64,000 nucleotides of DNA from positions 1 through 64,000 of the forward strand of contig CAWJZV010000045.1 of assembly GCA_963847445.1 (NCBI GenBank), in the 5' to 3' direction. Each line of letters opens with the position of its first letter. The stretch's first letter is position 1. The notes beneath the pieces were generated by a model, which did not search any database, had not been told where the DNA came from, and saw only the letters and a program-made list of their open reading frames with translations. This DNA comes from an uncultured delta proteobacterium (lineage in GTDB: Bacteria; Desulfobacterota; Binatia; UBA9968). The position numbers and the translations under genes were made by a program. Positions 31,981 to 42,928 of the stretch are shown one piece after another.

Positions 31981-32961
31981 CTAAGGTTTCCAGCCCGCTT
32001 GGGTTAGCTCGCTATCGGCTTTCTTGGCAAAGCTGAAATCGTAGGCGCGCTCGATGGGCACTTCCTTGGTGACTTTGAGGACCTCGCGAACGATGTCGAG
32101 ATCGTTTTTCTGGGTTTCTTCGTCGACCACGCCGTTGGTCGTAAAAGTTCCGATCATGCCGTCGTAAGTGCGCGCGGCCAAGTCCCTGTTTAACTCGGAA
32201 AATTTCATCATCACATCCATCGCGACCTCGCGGTTCTGCTTGACCAGGCGCAGGGCTTTGAGCAGGGCGCGCATGAATCCATGCATCAACTTGGGTTTTT
32301 CTTTGATGAATTGGTCGTTGGTTGCCATCGTGCCCCAGGAATTTTTCACTTCTTTGCCCAGATACAAGATCTCTTTCATGCCTTGATCGAGGGCGGCAAA
32401 GCGTTCCTCGGAACTCAATAGGCCGCCATCCACGACCCCTGACTGTAGCGCCGCAAGGCGCTGGCCCGGCGGCAGGGCGAGAAAGGTCAAATCCTTGTTG
32501 GCGTCGAGGCCGTACTTCGGGGCAATTTTTTTCAACATGAACGTCGCCACCGAGGCGACGCCGGTGACGGCGATCTTTTTATTCTTTAGATCTTTAAAAG
32601 CGCTGTACTGGGGCCGGACCATGAGCCACTGCAGCACCTGATCGGTGACCGCCAGGACGGTTTTGAGCGGCGCGTTGCCTTGAGTGACGGCGACCAGGGC
32701 GCTGCTGCCGGAACCGGTGAAATCCATTTCACCGGCGAGCACCGCTTGCAGGCCCGGGGTCGAGGCCATGACGACGATATTGAGATCGATCCCTTCCTCT
32801 TTCATATAACCCCGCTCCTTGGCGAGCGGAAAGATGATGAACTGAAACGACTTGGACGGCAGGGTGACGTTGATTTTATCGAGGGCGAATGCCGCTTTGC
32901 CGGAAAACAACAACACGCCGATCAGCAGCGGTGAGATCATCGACCGGATTAAGATATTCAT
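31981..32961 (-). CDS. ABC transporter substrate-binding protein (NMT1/SsuA-like)
   Basis: Signal peptide, GYMKEEGIDL, DLKNKKIAV, RLAALQSGVVDG, YDFSF. Confidence 0.88.
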   Translation of the reverse strand: MNILIRSMISPLLIGVLLFSGKAAFALDKINVTLPSKSFQFIIFPLAKERGYMKEEGIDLNIVVMASTPGLQAVLAGEMDFTGSGSSALVAVTQGNAPLKTVLAVTDQVLQWLMVRPQYSAFKDLKNKKIAVTGVASVATFMLKKIAPKYGLDANKDLTFLALPPGQRLAALQSGVVDGGLLSSEERFAALDQGMKEILYLGKEVKNSWGTMATNDQFIKEKPKLMHGFMRALLKALRLVKQNREVAMDVMMKFSELNRDLAARTYDGMIGTFTTNGVVDEETQKNDLDIVREVLKVTKEVPIERAYDFSFAKKADSELTQAGWKP

Positions 32962-33193
32962 CGTTCAGTTCCTCCTGGAAATAAGTTGCCGAACCGGCGG
33001 CGAAAACCGCTCACGCCCACATTATAAAAGTCAATTTTCTATGTCGAGGGGAAAGTTAAGGGTTTACCGGCTTGTGTCCTGACGTTGTCGCTGACGATGA
33101 AAGGTGTGAGGTGTGCGAGACGATTTTCCGGCGGAAGGAAGCGGCACCTGGCGGGACGGGCAAACGCCGAGCCGGACAGGTCGCGGCCTGGTC

Positions 33194-34117
33194 TTAGAAC
33201 ACAATCCGGGTGGGCGCACGGACTGGTGAAATTGACAGTGGTCGAAGCGGTCCCGACTGGCAGCGAATTGAAGTTTTGGCAGTGAATTGAGCAACAGGCC
33301 GAGCCCTGTCGCGGACAATGCTCAGCTCGTTTCCGCCGATCACCCGCGCATCATCGGCGCGTACGTAGCCTGGAGGATTGCCGCGCTTGGACCGCACTTC
33401 CAGCCAACCTGCGGCAGAACTTACGACGTTGATCCTGGTTCCGCCGCCGATTTGCGAGATAACGCGCGCGGCCGATGACGGATTTTCATATACCGACGTC
33501 GCTCGGGTTGTCTCATAGACACCCGGAGCGGCTGTTGGTCTTGCCGTCGCTGGCTGAGGCAGCGAGCCAGCGGCGTCCGTCGCGCGCGAGGCTGTTCTTC
33601 TCGCCACCGGAGAGCGGCTCGCGGTCGGACGATCTAATTGCTGCGCGGCGGCGCTCACGCGTTGCTTTGCCAGCGAAAGTTCTTTCTGGCTTGCTTCGAG
33701 TTTAACCTTCATTTCGGCGAGCTGATTGGCGCTATCGTTCAGCTGTTGGCGCGTTTGCGCAAGTTGCCCTTCCTGACTTTGAATTATTTGATCTTTTCCT
33801 TGGAGCTGCTTGAGGTTGGCCTGAGCAGACAGCGAAAGCTCGCTGCGTTCTCTGTAACCTCCGGCAAAAAAGGCGTTCAAAGCGACAACCAGCATGGCGG
33901 TGAGCCAAATATATTTTGCCGGGATTGAGAATCTCTTGTGATTCTCCGGGCCGATGCTTGTTTGCGCTGATTGCCCGTCGCGCTTGAGCCATTGAGGAGT
34001 AGACTGCGATGACAGATCGGCCTTGCAATAAGGACAATTCGCGGCATCTGTCGCGATACTGTTGGCGCAGTCTGGGCAAAGCCGCGTTTGAGCGGTGGAT
34101 TCTCCGATCATGACCAT
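33194..34117 (-). CDS. Zn-ribbon / TM / coiled-coil / SH3b protein
   Basis: CPDC..CPYC, hydrophobic helix, Gln-rich coil, VYENPS..GWLEVRSKRGNPPGYV. True 3' end may be near 33320. Confidence 0.65.
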   Translation of the reverse strand: MVMIGESTAQTRLCPDCANSIATDAANCPYCKADLSSQSTPQWLKRDGQSAQTSIGPENHKRFSIPAKYIWLTAMLVVALNAFFAGGYRERSELSLSAQANLKQLQGKDQIIQSQEGQLAQTRQQLNDSANQLAEMKVKLEASQKELSLAKQRVSAAAQQLDRPTASRSPVARRTASRATDAAGSLPQPATARPTAAPGVYETTRATSVYENPSSAARVISQIGGGTRINVVSSAAGWLEVRSKRGNPPGYVRADDARVIGGNELSIVRDRARPVAQFTAKTSIRCQSGPLRPLSISPVRAPTRIVF

Positions 34118-34365
34118 TATCCTCCTAAGCGCAGGCGTTAACCGGATCCTGGTATTCGCCGAGGCACCGGGGCGGTGTCTTGAAACACCCTTAGCAGCGT
34201 CAAGCGCTATCTGCTTAGACGTTCGGCAACCTCAGTTGTGAATCGTCTTAAGTCGCGCAGTGTGGCCGAGGCTCATCGTTACCCATAAGTTTCAGCTGGA
34301 CACGGCGGGTGCGAGAGTGTCAACCAATTATGATAAAGCACTCAAGTCGCGGCGGGTTTTCCGAT

Positions 34366-34510
34366 CCCCCTCTTTGGAAACGAGGGGCTAGGGGAGATTT
34401 GTCGCGCCTACGCAACTCCATTATAGAACTGGAATGCTGCGCTGGTGCTAAAGAAACCTCCCCCCATGCCGCAACCAAATCCCCCTCAATCCCCCTTTTC
34501 CAAAGGGGGA
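34366..34510. repeat. REP-like inverted doublet (CCCCCTCTTTGGAAACGAGGGG type)
   Basis: CCCCCTCTTTGGAAACGAGGGGCTAGGGGAGATTT..AAATCCCCCTCAATCCCCCTTTTCCAAAGGGGGA. Confidence 0.7.
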
Positions 34511-34634
34511 AGGGGTAACTATGAGGCCTCTGCTTCAACCCCGGTGTCCAGCCAATGAGATATGGCGCATGATTAGTGCCGGAGCAGGAGAGGATTGTGG
34601 TCAAGGGAGCGTGCGGTACTCGGCGCGGTCGTCG

Positions 34635-35439
34635 CTATTTCAACGCGTTATTGAGCAACCAAGCCAACCTGATTCCGGCCTGAGCAAGTTTTCTTCGGAC
34701 CACCGGGCGGGCTTTTTCCACGTAATCATCGGTTAGTTCGCCAGAGGTTCCGGTGTTGTATGCGTGCGACCTGACCAACATCAACGATTCATTGGTCCAC
34801 TGTTTGGGGTCGCCGGCCTGCCATTTGCGGCGATCCGCTGCCGTGAGATTCGCTGTCAGCCGCTTGGCGATCTCCTCCTCATTGCCCGTCTCCAAGTCGA
34901 CCAGGTTGGCATCCCAGAAGATAGTGAAGATTGGTTGTTGCGCCTCGGTAAGTCACGGAGATATCGATCCCTCCTCGATCCGCGGCGCGGCCGGCATGAA
35001 GCGGCTGATGCATGTCGCCCACCAGATGGGCGACGTAGCGAAGGGCGAGTCTCCTCATCATGATCGGCGCATGCTTATCGGCGACGGCCGCGGCAAACCA
35101 GTTGAGGGCTTCAACCATGCAGTTTCTCTCCGGGCAGTCGCGTGCTTGATCGTAGCCGCTGGCAGGCTCGGGAATACGGACGTAGTGGAGGGGGTCGAAT
35201 TCACGTATGCTTCGCCCCTCATGGTCCGGCCAAACGGCTGCGTCCGCCAAGGTCATGCCTCCTGGAAGTATCCTTTCAATCTCCTTGCGCGCGTCGACGG
35301 TGAGATGCGCCTGGGCGATCAAACCGACGATTCGGTGGCCTTTGTCGAACCATGAGTTAGCCGGCGTAACCGCGAGCAGGTTGAGGAGCAAAAACGTCGC
35401 GAGAAACGTCGGTGTAAATAAAGCGAGAGCAGAAGACAT
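34635..35439 (-). CDS. Secreted S1/P1 nuclease (frameshift near 34915)
   Basis: Signal peptide then WFDKGH, AVWPD, LHYV, HLVGDMHQPLH, NLH..WD, AGIRLAWLLN. Confidence 0.88.
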
Positions 35440-35539
35440 CACGGAACCGGTATATCGGATTTTCGGTTTTAAATTTCGTGCTTGAGTCCGCCGACCTTCG
35501 ATCGGCAATTTGCTTCGGCAACAAGGCGCGCCGCCGCGG

Positions 35540-35947
35540 TCAGCGGTTGGTGTACATCGGTTTGCGATCCCGCAGCGCCAGCCAGCCGCGCACGACTCGG
35601 TAGATGACCCACAGGCCGGCGGCGACGAAAACCACTATCGCAAGCGGAATGCCTATGAAAGTCACAAACAAAAAGCCGCCGATCAGACACCAGAGCAGGC
35701 CAAACCAAAAGGTTCTTATCTGCCAGCGAAAGTGGGACTCGAGAAAGGTGCCGCGCGCCTCTGCTCTCTTCAGGTAGTTGACGATGACGGCGATAATCGA
35801 GGGAATGCCAAAGACGAAGGCGCCGATGATCGACGCAGCGGTGGTTATGCCGATCAGGAGACTGAGGGCGTGCAGAGCATAGATCAGGTGTGTGGCGCTA
35901 ACCAGGGAAGGTGCCGGGTTGGCGTCGATGAGGATTTCTTCGGACAT
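35540..35947 (-). CDS. DUF4870-like membrane protein
   Basis: HLIYALHA..IIAVIVNYLKR..LESHFRWQIRTFW..YRVVRGW. Confidence 0.8.
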   Translation of the reverse strand: MSEEILIDANPAPSLVSATHLIYALHALSLLIGITTAASIIGAFVFGIPSIIAVIVNYLKRAEARGTFLESHFRWQIRTFWFGLLWCLIGGFLFVTFIGIPLAIVVFVAAGLWVIYRVVRGWLALRDRKPMYTNR

Positions 35948-36207
35948 GAGCGTTGCCTCGCAGCGAATCAGACTCTCATCCTGCTCGACCATCGTCGTTA
36001 ATTCAAGTCCATGGGCCGCCAGTTCCGCTGTAAGTGACTTCGCAACTAAAATGCCCAACGTTGCGTGATCTTCAGTGCGCTGAGGTGATCTTGAATGGCT
36101 GCGGCAAGTCTTGTCTTGAAAGGAGCTCGGGTTTTCTAACCCGCGATTAAAACACGCGGACAGGAATGTCCGCGCTCCAATGTCCGCGCTCCCATGGCCA
36201 CGCGCCT

Positions 36208-38330
36208 TTATCGCATCACCAGCAAGGCGTCGACGGCGAAGGCGCCTTGGCCGGCTGGCAGCACCACCACTGGATTCAAATCGAACTCGGCGATCTCATT
36301 CCTGAGATCGTGGGCAAGCCAAGAGAGCTTGGCGGCCATGTCGGCCAGGGCGTCGAGGTCTGCCGCCGCTGCGCCGCGCACGCCGGTGAAGACTTTGGCG
36401 CCTTTCAAACTTGCCAGCGCGCGCTTGGCTTCGGCGGCGCTGATGGGCGGGATGCTAATCTGCACGTCGGCGAGGATTTCCACGAAGACGCCGCCCAAGC
36501 CCATCACCAAAGTCGGGCCGAGTTGTTCGTCGCGGGCGATGCCGAGCAGGCATTCGACGCCTTTGATTTGGTTTTGCACCAATACGCCTTCGATTCTGGC
36601 GTCGGGCTTTTTCGTGCGCACGTTGGCGAGCATTTCTTCGTAAGCATTCTCGACCGCGGTGCGATTTTCCAAGCCAAGACGCAGGGCGCCGAACTCGGTC
36701 TTATGCGGGATGTCGACTGAAGCGATTTTCAGCACACAGGGATAGCCGAGCTTTTCCGCGGCGCTGACCGCTTCGCCGGCTGATTGCGCGATCACCGCTG
36801 GGGCGAGCGAGATGCCGTAGGATTGCAGCAGCTTGTCGGTGTCCTGGTACGACACGACGCCGGAGTCGAAGGATAGAAGGTTCGGTTGCGCACTCGACCT
36901 GGTCGGCGGCTGGAAGCGGCCGATGGCGCGGTCGCGTTCGTTTTTACGCAGCCGGCTCATGGCGCGAACGGATTTGCGATAGTCGCCGGTGAAGGTCAGG
37001 CTCAAGGCTATTCAACTTGTCGTACCACACTTGCGCCGGCGGCTCGCTGGCGCGGGTGAGGACGAAGACGCGCTTGTCGTTGGCTTTGCTCAGCGCGGAG
37101 ATCTGCGTGTACAGCTTCTCCGCCGCCGGCGTGATCGCTTCGGGCAGATTCAAGCGCACACCGAGCATGTCGAAGTTGGCTTCGGCGAAAAACTTCTCCA
37201 GGCAGCGGTCGAAGCCCTCCGGTTTCATGCGCTGCAAGTCTTCGACGTCGAGCGGGTTGCCGAGCACGGTCGGCTTGTCGAGCGCTTCGACCATGACTTG
37301 CTGGGTTGCCGGGCTCAGCTCCGGCAGGTTGAGACCTTCCTGGTCGGCGATGTCGCAGAGCAGCGTGCAGTCGCCGCCGGAGATCGTCATCAAACCGACA
37401 CCGCGCTCATGTTTGTCCGGGCGCAGTCGCGCGCCGGCAAACAGCGCCGTGGTGTCGATCAGATCGTCGAGGTCGTTGACGATGATCGCGCCATGTTGCT
37501 CGAAGAAGGCGTCCCAAGCCGCGGCCGAGCCGGCGAGCTGGCCGGTGTGGGCGATGACGTTTTTCTTGGCGCGCTCGGTGCGGCCGGCGCGCAGGATCAA
37601 GACCGCTTTGCCATTGATTATCGCGCGGTCGAGGGCGGCGGCGAAGCGTTCCGGCTCTTTGGGCGCCGCTTCGAAATAGCAGGAGATGACGTCGATCTCG
37701 GCACATTCGGCCTGGTAGCCGAGATAGTCGGCGGAGTTGAGGACGATCTCGTTGCCGCCGCTGGCGCAGAGGTGAAAGCCCAAACCGCGCTTGACGCCAA
37801 AGTTCATCAATAAATTCATCATGCCGCTGCTCTGAAAAATGCAGCCGATATTGCCGGGGCGGATGTTCTTCGGTAGTTCGCCGCCCCAGATGCCGAGCTT
37901 GGAGCGCAGCGCGACGAAGCCCATGCAGTTGGGGCCCAGGAGCTTCAAGTTCGCCGCTTTGGCCGCGGCGGTGACATCTTGCTGGATCTTCTTTCCCGCT
38001 TCGCCGCCTTCGGCGAAACCGTCGGCGAAAATCACCGCGGCCGTGACGCCTTTTCTGCCGACATCCTCGACGACGGCGAGCACGTTCTGGGTATTGACGG
38101 CAATCACCGCGAGCGGCAGCTCGCCGGGAACGTCGAGTATGCTCGGATAAGCCTTCAAGCCCGAAGACTTCGGGACGGCCAGGATTGATCGGCACGACTT
38201 TCGATATGTCGAAACCGAAGTTCTGCAGATTCTTAAAAACATTGACGGCGTAGTGATTGCGGTCGCTGGCGCCGATGATGGCGAGACGATCGGCTTCGAA
38301 GAGCGGCGCCAAAGGTTGATTGCTGGCCAT
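36208..38330 (-). CDS. Acetate/acyl-CoA ligase (ADP-forming) family, CoA-binding plus ATP-grasp (2 frameshifts)
   Basis: IIGAS, GFAE, LLGPNCMG, AHTGQLAG, ISGG, NPLD, HKTEFG, DLNPV. Confidence 0.88.
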
Positions 38331-38413
38331 GACGAGCCTCCTGGGATGAATAAGACTGCTGGTGCGATTTCGCTCTATCGCAGTTGGAAATAGTTGTCTA
38401 TGGCAGAACGAAG

Positions 38414-38637
38414 AGTTGGAGTGATGGAGTAATGGAGTGTTGGAGTGATGGTTTCTTGGACGATGTCAGATACGTTCACTTACTTCAGGAGGAACACGCA
38501 GGTAGTTAATGGAGGGATTTCTCGCTGTGCTCGAAATGACATGTTTGCAATGACAGGTTTGCTTGGTGTCGCTGGATTCAACCAGCCGGATCGCGTCCGA
38601 ACCCAATACTCCAGTACTCCATCACTCCAACTACTTC
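38414..38637. repeat. 8-bp periodic TGGAGTRW inverted repeat
   Basis: GGAGTGATGGAGTAATGGAGTGTTGGAGTGATGG..CCAATACTCCAGTACTCCATCACTCCA. A related copy is at 50972-51060. Confidence 0.7.
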
Positions 38638-39307
38638 ACCCGACGTGCCGCGCCAAGAATTCCAGGGTGCGCTCGCGGGCGAGCTGGCCGGCTTCTGGGT
38701 GGAATCTGTCGGCGCGGCTCGGGTTGTCAAAGCCATGCTGGGCGGCGGGATACATGTTGATCGGAACGGTCGGCTGGGCTTGGTGAAACAGATCGATACG
38801 TTCTTGCGGCATGGTCGTGTCTGCGCTGCCGATATGGGCGATGACGGGACAGCGCGCGGTTTCAAGCGCGAAGTCCGGCATCATTGAACCGTAATAAGCG
38901 ACAGCGGCGGCGTAGTCGCGGCGGCAGGCGGCGAGCCACGCCAGCGTGCCGCCCCAGCAGAAGCCGACGATGGCAACTTTCCCGGCTTCCAAGACAACAT
39001 TCTTGCCGGCGTCGAGATCGTCGAGGGCGTGCTCCCAGTTCCAGTTCTTGTAGATCGTCTGGGCGAGATCGTGGTTTGCTTGGGTATATTCCAGAACGAG
39101 GCCGCGTTGGCGCCGGTCGTAGAGTGCCGGTGCGATGGTGAGATAACCCTGGGCGGCGTAGAAATCGCAGGTATCGCGCAGATAGCTGGTGACGCCGTAC
39201 ATTTCTTGAGCGATCACGATGGCGCCGTGCGGCTTATTTGCCGGCCGCGCCAGATAGGCATCGAGGGTATGGCCGTCGCGGGCGGTGATTTGGGTCATTG
39301 TACCCAT
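38636..39307 (-). CDS. Dienelactone hydrolase family protein
   Basis: QEMYGV, VGFCWGG, AYYG, HGFD. Confidence 0.9.
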   Translation of the reverse strand: MGTMTQITARDGHTLDAYLARPANKPHGAIVIAQEMYGVTSYLRDTCDFYAAQGYLTIAPALYDRRQRGLVLEYTQANHDLAQTIYKNWNWEHALDDLDAGKNVVLEAGKVAIVGFCWGGTLAWLAACRRDYAAAVAYYGSMMPDFALETARCPVIAHIGSADTTMPQERIDLFHQAQPTVPINMYPAAQHGFDNPSRADRFHPEAGQLARERTLEFLARHVG

Positions 39308-39368
39308 GTCATTTTTCCGAGTTTGGCGATGGGTATCGCTTTGCTCCACCCATCCTTCTGGATTCTGC

Positions 39369-40736
39369 TCATGACAGTGTCAGCAAGCTCGCCACCTTCC
39401 GCACGTTATCGACAGTCTCAAGGTTCTGCACGGTGGTGATGAGATTTCTAGCGCGGTCTTCCGACAGCAGGGCTTTGACGTTGCCGCGAAATTTCTCGGT
39501 CACTTCTTCTTCGGTCATCGGATTGCGCGGGTCGCCTTTGGCGATCTTCGCCGTGTAGCTGTGGCGGGTGCCGTCCTTCAATTCGACGCTGACCGGGCAG
39601 TAGGGGCCGGGCTCGGGGATCGACTCATCGCAGATGACTTGAACCTTGCTGAAGGCGTCTTGCACTTTAGGCTCGTTGACTTTCTCGTCGGTGAAAGTGG
39701 CGATCTCCAGCTTGCCGTCGAGAAAGCACATGGCGACGACGTAGTTGATGGCGAACTTGCCGCGCAGGCCGGTTTTGACCTCGGCCGAGTAGTGGCGCGC
39801 GTAGCGTTTGGGCGGGATGCTGACTTCCATCTTGGCGACATCGGCGAAATTGATTTTGTGTTGACGCTTCAATTGCAACGCGGCGTCGGCGGCGAGGAAC
39901 TGCGGCGCGCTGCATGGGTGCCATTTGAGGCCGATGCCGGGCGAATCGAGAAAGTAAGGTGCGCCGATGTCGGCCACCATTTTCTCATAATCGCAGGTGT
40001 CCGGGCCGAAGAAGGTGTCGCAGAAGCCGCGCGGCGCTTCGAAGATGGCGGCGTCGGCGGTGAAACCTTTGCTCGCCAGTATTGCAGCCTCGGCGCCGTT
40101 GCGCGCGGAGTTGCCGGCGTGAAACGGTTTGACCATTGAGCCTTGCTGACGATGGATACCGCCAGCGCCGGAGGCGGCGACACCGAGAGCGGCTTTGATT
40201 TTGTCGACGGGTAGTTTCAACAAGCTGGCACAGGCGATGGTGGCGCCGAGGCTGCCAAAGACCGGCGTGCTGTGAAAGCCGCGGTCCTGGACATTGGGCG
40301 CGTTGGCGGCGATCTTACAAATCACTTCGATGCCGAGCACGTAGGCTTTGAGCAGGTCTTTGCCGGAAGCGCCGAGATGCTCTGCCAACGGCAACGCCGC
40401 GCCGACGATCATACTCGACGGATGACCGACATGGATAAAGGCATCCCAGTCGTCGTAATCGAGGGCGTGGGCCAGCAGGCCATTGGCGAAGGCGGCGGTG
40501 CTGACAGAGGCTTTTGCCGGGGTGCCCCAGATCGACGACTCGTTACGCGCGCCCAGTCCTTGGCAATAATCGAGCGCGATCGCCGCGACCTCGGTGGACA
40601 CGCCAGCAAGGGCGACGCCGAGGGTGTCGAGGATATGCAGCTTGGCTTCGGCCAAAGTTTTCCCCGACATGGTCGACATGTCAGTGTCGTTAACAAAGCG
40701 TGCGAGCAGGTCGGTGACCGGCGGAGGTGTTGCCAT
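39369..40736 (-). CDS. MmgE/PrpD family protein
   Basis: ILDTLGVALAG, AHALDYDD, HPS, GFHST, KPFHAG, KGDPRNPM. Confidence 0.9.
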   Translation of the reverse strand: MATPPPVTDLLARFVNDTDMSTMSGKTLAEAKLHILDTLGVALAGVSTEVAAIALDYCQGLGARNESSIWGTPAKASVSTAAFANGLLAHALDYDDWDAFIHVGHPSSMIVGAALPLAEHLGASGKDLLKAYVLGIEVICKIAANAPNVQDRGFHSTPVFGSLGATIACASLLKLPVDKIKAALGVAASGAGGIHRQQGSMVKPFHAGNSARNGAEAAILASKGFTADAAIFEAPRGFCDTFFGPDTCDYEKMVADIGAPYFLDSPGIGLKWHPCSAPQFLAADAALQLKRQHKINFADVAKMEVSIPPKRYARHYSAEVKTGLRGKFAINYVVAMCFLDGKLEIATFTDEKVNEPKVQDAFSKVQVICDESIPEPGPYCPVSVELKDGTRHSYTAKIAKGDPRNPMTEEEVTEKFRGNVKALLSEDRARNLITTVQNLETVDNVRKVASLLTLS

Positions 40737-40913
40737 CTTGTTCTCCCGCGAAATGGGCGATATGAAAGTTCATTATCGGATTAAGGCGGCAATAGGCAAC
40801 AGGCAAGGGGAAAGTAAAAAGTAAAAAGGCAAAAATAAAAAGGTAAAATGCCAAGATGCCAAGACGAAAGAGGCATCGGCCGATAGCAAGAAATTAATTA
40901 AGGAGACAGAAGC

Positions 40914-42089
40914 ATGAGCGGTTGTTTAGACGGCATCAAGGTTTTGGAGTTGGGTAATTTTATTTCCGGACCGTACGGCGCGATGTTGCTGGCGGACATG
41001 GGCGCGGAAGTTATTAAAGTCGAGAATCCCAAGGGCGGCGACCCGTTTCGCGGTTGGGATTTCGGCGGCGATCAGCCGAACTTCTGGGCCTATAATCGCG
41101 GCAAGAAGAGCGTCACGCTGAATTTACAGACTCCCGAGGGCAAGGAAGTCTTCTACGGTTTGGTCAAGCAGTCTGACGTGGTGATGGACAACTATCGTCC
41201 CGGCGTGACCAAGAAGCTCGGCATCGACTTCGAGTCGCTGAGCAAGATCAATCCGAAAATAGTTTGCTGCTCGATCACCGGCACCGGCCCATCGGGACCC
41301 TATGTGAAACGGCCGGCGTACGACACCGTGGGCCAGGGCATGGGCGGCATGATGAGCGTGTTGATGGACCCAAAAAATCCCAAACCGGTGGGGCCGGCCT
41401 ACGCCGACGGTTTGAGCGGCATGTTCTCGGCGCTGGGGGTCTTGGGCGCGCTGGTGGCGCGCGCGTCCACCGGTAAGGGCCAGCAGGTCGACGCGACCAT
41501 GGTCGGATCGATCCTCGCTTTCCTGAACGCGCCGGCGACCGAAACGCTGGCCCATGGAAGAATCCCCGGACCGTACACCCGGCCGCGCCAGTCGCAGACC
41601 TATGCGTTCGCCTGCGCCGACGGCGCCATGCTGGCGATTCATCTGTCGTCGCCGCAAAAATTTTGGGAAGGGCTGTGCAATTCGGTCGGCCATCCGGAGA
41701 TAATCGAAGACCCGCGCTTCAAGTCGCGGCCGGACCGGCGCGCCAATTATGACGAGCTTAACAAGACCTTCGCGGTGTTTTTCAAAGAACAGCCGCGCGC
41801 CCATTGGGTCGAGCAACTCGAAGCCAACGACGTGCCGCACACGCCGGTGTACAACCTGAAAGAAGTCTTCGACGATCCGCAGGTCAAACATATGGGCATG
41901 CAGATCGCCATCGAGCGCAAAGACAAGCCGACGATCAAAACTGTGAAGTTTCCATTGACCCACAGCGATACGCCGTCGCCGTTTCCTTCGCCGCCGCCCG
42001 AGCTGGGCGAGAACAATGGCGAGTTTTTGAATGCGCTGGGCTACGACGAGGCGAAGATCGCTGAGTTCAAGGAGAAGGGGATTATCTAA
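40914..42089 (+). CDS. CaiB/BaiF family III CoA-transferase (paralog 1)
   Basis: ISGPYGAMLLADMGAEVIKVE, NRGKKS, DNYRPG, AYD, PPELGE. Confidence 0.92.
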   Translation: MSGCLDGIKVLELGNFISGPYGAMLLADMGAEVIKVENPKGGDPFRGWDFGGDQPNFWAYNRGKKSVTLNLQTPEGKEVFYGLVKQSDVVMDNYRPGVTKKLGIDFESLSKINPKIVCCSITGTGPSGPYVKRPAYDTVGQGMGGMMSVLMDPKNPKPVGPAYADGLSGMFSALGVLGALVARASTGKGQQVDATMVGSILAFLNAPATETLAHGRIPGPYTRPRQSQTYAFACADGAMLAIHLSSPQKFWEGLCNSVGHPEIIEDPRFKSRPDRRANYDELNKTFAVFFKEQPRAHWVEQLEANDVPHTPVYNLKEVFDDPQVKHMGMQIAIERKDKPTIKTVKFPLTHSDTPSPFPSPPPELGENNGEFLNALGYDEAKIAEFKEKGII

Positions 42090-42207
42090 ATTCTCACGCA
42101 AATTCGTGTCTATGTTCGCCAAGTCGTGGTTCGCTCATGCCAAGGACGGCTGGCATCGGTTTTGACGGCGGCGTCGCGTTCGTGTATACCTAATTTGGCA
42201 TGTAAGC

Positions 42208-42550
42208 ATGATTGACAAACCCATCGTCTGGATAGGATCGTCACGGCGCGATCTACGTGATTTTCCAGACGAAGCCCGTCGCAAGGCTGGATTTGAATTG
42301 AGAGCCCTCCAACAAGGGGACGAGCCCAGCGACTTCAAACCGATGCCAACGATAGGTCCTGGCGTTTATGAAATCCGTATCCTAACCGGCGACGCTTTTC
42401 CGGGTATTTTACTTGAGCAAATTTGATGAAGGTGTCTATGTCCTCCACGCGTTCCAAAAGAAAAGTCAAAAAACCTCCAAGCAAGATATCGCGATCGGCC
42501 GGCAGCGTTTCAAAACAGCGCGACAGGTTCACAAAGAAACTGGAAAATGA
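42208..42550 (+). CDS. RelE/ParE (HigB/Gp49-like) toxin (frameshifted)
   Basis: WIGSSRRDLRDFP..KPMPTIGPGVYEIRI, continuing in another frame as KFDEGVYVLHAFQKKSQKT. Confidence 0.8.
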
Positions 42551-42848
42551 CCCTTTAGACAAGAGTGTTATCAAGGGAAGTTCCAATGTCTTCGAAGACT
42601 TGGGCTTTAACCCAGGCGAAGCGGCGAACCTGAAAATCCGTGCCGATTTAATGCTCGATTTACGCCGGCATATTCTAAATAATGGCTGGACTCAGGCGCA
42701 GGCGGCAGAATTCTTCGGCGAGACACAACCGCGTATTAGCAATCTCTTGAAAGGGGAAATCAGCCGATTCAGCGTGGACAAGTTGATTGTCATGCTGGCG
42801 AGAGCTGGAATTACGGTTCGCGTCGAAACGAAGCGGCGAGCGGCGTGA
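42547..42848 (+). CDS. HigA-like XRE HTH antitoxin (start approximate)
   Basis: SSNVFEDLGF..TQAQAAEFFGETQPRISNLLKGEISRFSVDKL. Confidence 0.82.
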
Positions 42849-42928
42849 TCTAAGAACTTATAATCTCTCGATGTGAGGAAATCGCGCGCTAGAGGATGAC
42901 GAAAGAATTATTGGATTGAGGAGTGGGC

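Noticed and set aside
34118-34330. Riboswitch upstream of the SH3b gene
   Set aside because: Small hairpins are present, but I could not match c-di-GMP, c-di-AMP or other known consensus motifs by eye.
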